DNA of 64,000 bases from Camelus dromedarius (Eukaryota), in the NCBI RefSeq assembly GCF_036321535.1, contig NC_087447.1, positions 44,146,001 through 44,210,000 on the forward strand. Reading direction: 5' to 3'. The position numbers were made by a program, and so were the translations under genes. Positions 62,187 through 64,000 of the stretch are shown piece after piece. The notes below the pieces were generated by a model that worked only from the letters and a program-made list of their open reading frames with translations, did not search any database and was not told the origin of the DNA. Each line of letters starts with the position of its first letter. The first letter of the stretch is position 1.

Positions 62187-62702
62187 TGTTACTGACTCCA
62201 AATTCATTCTGCTCACTGCGCAACAGGGCAATAAATTGGGAGACGAGGTGTTGGGGCAAGGAAGAATGACTTTATTCAGAAAGCTGGCAGACCTAGAAGA
62301 TGGCAGACTAATGTCCTAAGAATCATCTTACCGAAGTCAGAATTTAGGATCCTTTTATACTAAAAAGGGGAGGGGGTATGTTTTGTTGTTGCAAACTTCT
62401 TGGTGTCAGAATCCTTTGTTCTTGCAGCTGTCCAAGTAGGTCAGGTCATGATGTTCCTGTAAACCTCCAACAAGACAAATGTTATCCTCTGTTCTGCAAC
62501 TTTTTATGTCTATATGAATGGAAAAGTTTTATAGCCTTAAAGATCAGAGCCTTGAGAATGGGCTTTCCTGTATATTTTAGGCTGTAGGCAATATTCTTTT
62601 ACAAAAGGTGCAGAACAGCATGACTCAGCACAGGAAACAGCACAGGGTTAGAGCTAAAGGAACATACCTAATATGGAGTCAGATTTGTTCTTCCCTATTA
62701 CA
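62187..62702 (-). mobile_element. Solo ERV1-type LTR
   Basis: TG...CA termini (tgttactga...ctattaca), antisense AATAAA (ctttattc, ~62269) and near-matching 4-bp flanks gaag/gaat. Confidence 0.7.
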
Positions 62703-64000
62703 GAATGAAGATCAAGAAATTCTGAGAATGCAAAATATTTGAATATTTCATTCTATGTGAAATTAAAAATAGCCATTATTCATAACAGAATCAGTGTGTT
62801 GGGGAATGTGGCAGTGAACCAGGGGTTAAAGTCTTTAGGAAAAGGGGGGAGAGACCTAGAAATCTAAAATAAAATTAAAAAAAAATTTAAAGACCGCAGT
62901 CCCACTTTCCCAGCTGTACTCTATTTCTCCCTTCTTCCTGATGGTGAAACTTCTCCAAATTAGTTTCTGTACTTTCTGCTTACATTTTCTTATTTTTTCT
63001 GCTGTTACTGAAGTAGCTCTCACCTAGATCATCACTGGCAGCCAAGTCACCGATTTCAACTATAAATTTTTTTCCTTGTCTATATTACTTCAACTAGCAC
63101 CTGTTGTTTGAATGAGGATTTTTCTCTGATTTTCACATCCCAGAATTACAGTTTGTCTATTGTAGTGCACTTGCAGTAATTTTAAAAGGACAGAAACATG
63201 CAAAACATGTGTAAAAATACATGATGCGTCAGTCATTGCTGTGGGTGCGTTGGATCCACCCAGAGCTGGATAAGGTAAAACGAAGTAAGAGCTTAAACAA
63301 TGGTTTTTAAATGATTGCATTGATGCACAAATGCACACAGGAAAGAAATAGGAGGTTTAGCTACTAGGTGTCTCTTCACCGGGGAGGTTTTCTACTGTAA
63401 AGTCAATTTGAGATCTGCTGTTCCTGGGCCTGTCTTCATGGTAACTATAGAATGGTTACCATAGAATCCCTTGTAAATGTGTGATTGGTTAAAGTTTGGG
63501 TAAAAAAGCCAAGTGGCTGTCAGTCAGTTTATTTGAACTAAGAGTTTGTAGGAACCTGCAATGGACTGCAGAATTGACCATTCTAGAGAAGTTGAGCCAC
63601 ACTGAGATGTGGTTAGAGGCATCTAAGCCTAAGGAGGGGTCAGCCTAGGATTGGTAAACTCCACTTTCTAAAATTCTAATTTCTATTGTGCTTCCAGAAG
63701 AGATAGTCATTGGGTGAACTGGACTCATTCGGAGGAGGATGACGAGAATGACTATTGGACACCAAAGCATGTTAGATAAAGGAATTTTAAAGGAACAAGC
63801 AGGTGGTTAGCTGTGAGAATTGGGTTGTGGGAAAGGTGGGTTGAAGACATAGGAAAATTGATTTTGATTTATCATAAGGAAGATCTTTCTAATAGTGAAA
63901 AAAAAATCTATATACAAAAGGAAATGGCCCTAGAGCATAGGGAGCTAGCTATACTGTTCTTGTTTAGGCAAATGCTGGACAATTACTCAATAGAAATATT

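Noticed and set aside
59400..64000. Olfactory receptor genes expected near ZNF215 from human synteny
   Set aside because: No ~310-aa ORF or OR motifs (MAYDRYVAIC, KAFSTC) found; the region looks repeat-derived.

Overview
Mammalian genomic DNA, most likely a camelid, judging from three tRNA-derived SINEs of the Vic-1 type. The window holds two complete, convergent C2H2 zinc-finger genes. ZNF214 is on + (KRAB-A plus 8 intact fingers, 605 aa from two coding exons). ZNF215 is on - (SCAN, linker, KRAB-A, KRAB-B and 4 intact fingers, 529 aa from five coding exons). Gene names come from my recollection of the human proteins, not from a search. There are four CpG-rich promoter-like islands: the ZNF214 promoter (~8.7-9.7 kb, probably shared head-to-head with NLRP14 as in human), the ZNF215 promoter (~58.6-59.3 kb), and two orphan islands (~4.5-5.5 kb and ~32.4-33.3 kb). 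The rest is mostly L1, L2, MIR, MaLR/ERVL LTRs and hAT MITEs; repeat family names are by eye. The most interesting unannotated signals are: (1) a decayed, intronless K50 PRD-class (TPRX/ETCHbox-like) homeobox on - at ~35.75-36.05 kb, abutting an ERVL provirus remnant; (2) three homologous pre-KRAB linker exons, coding in ZNF215, stop-interrupted in ZNF214 (making a uORF), and a relic inside the 33-kb orphan island that suggests a lost third ZNF gene; (3) a polyadenylated LTR-like 3' end retrocopied into an L1. I found no evidence of a wholly new multi-gene system.
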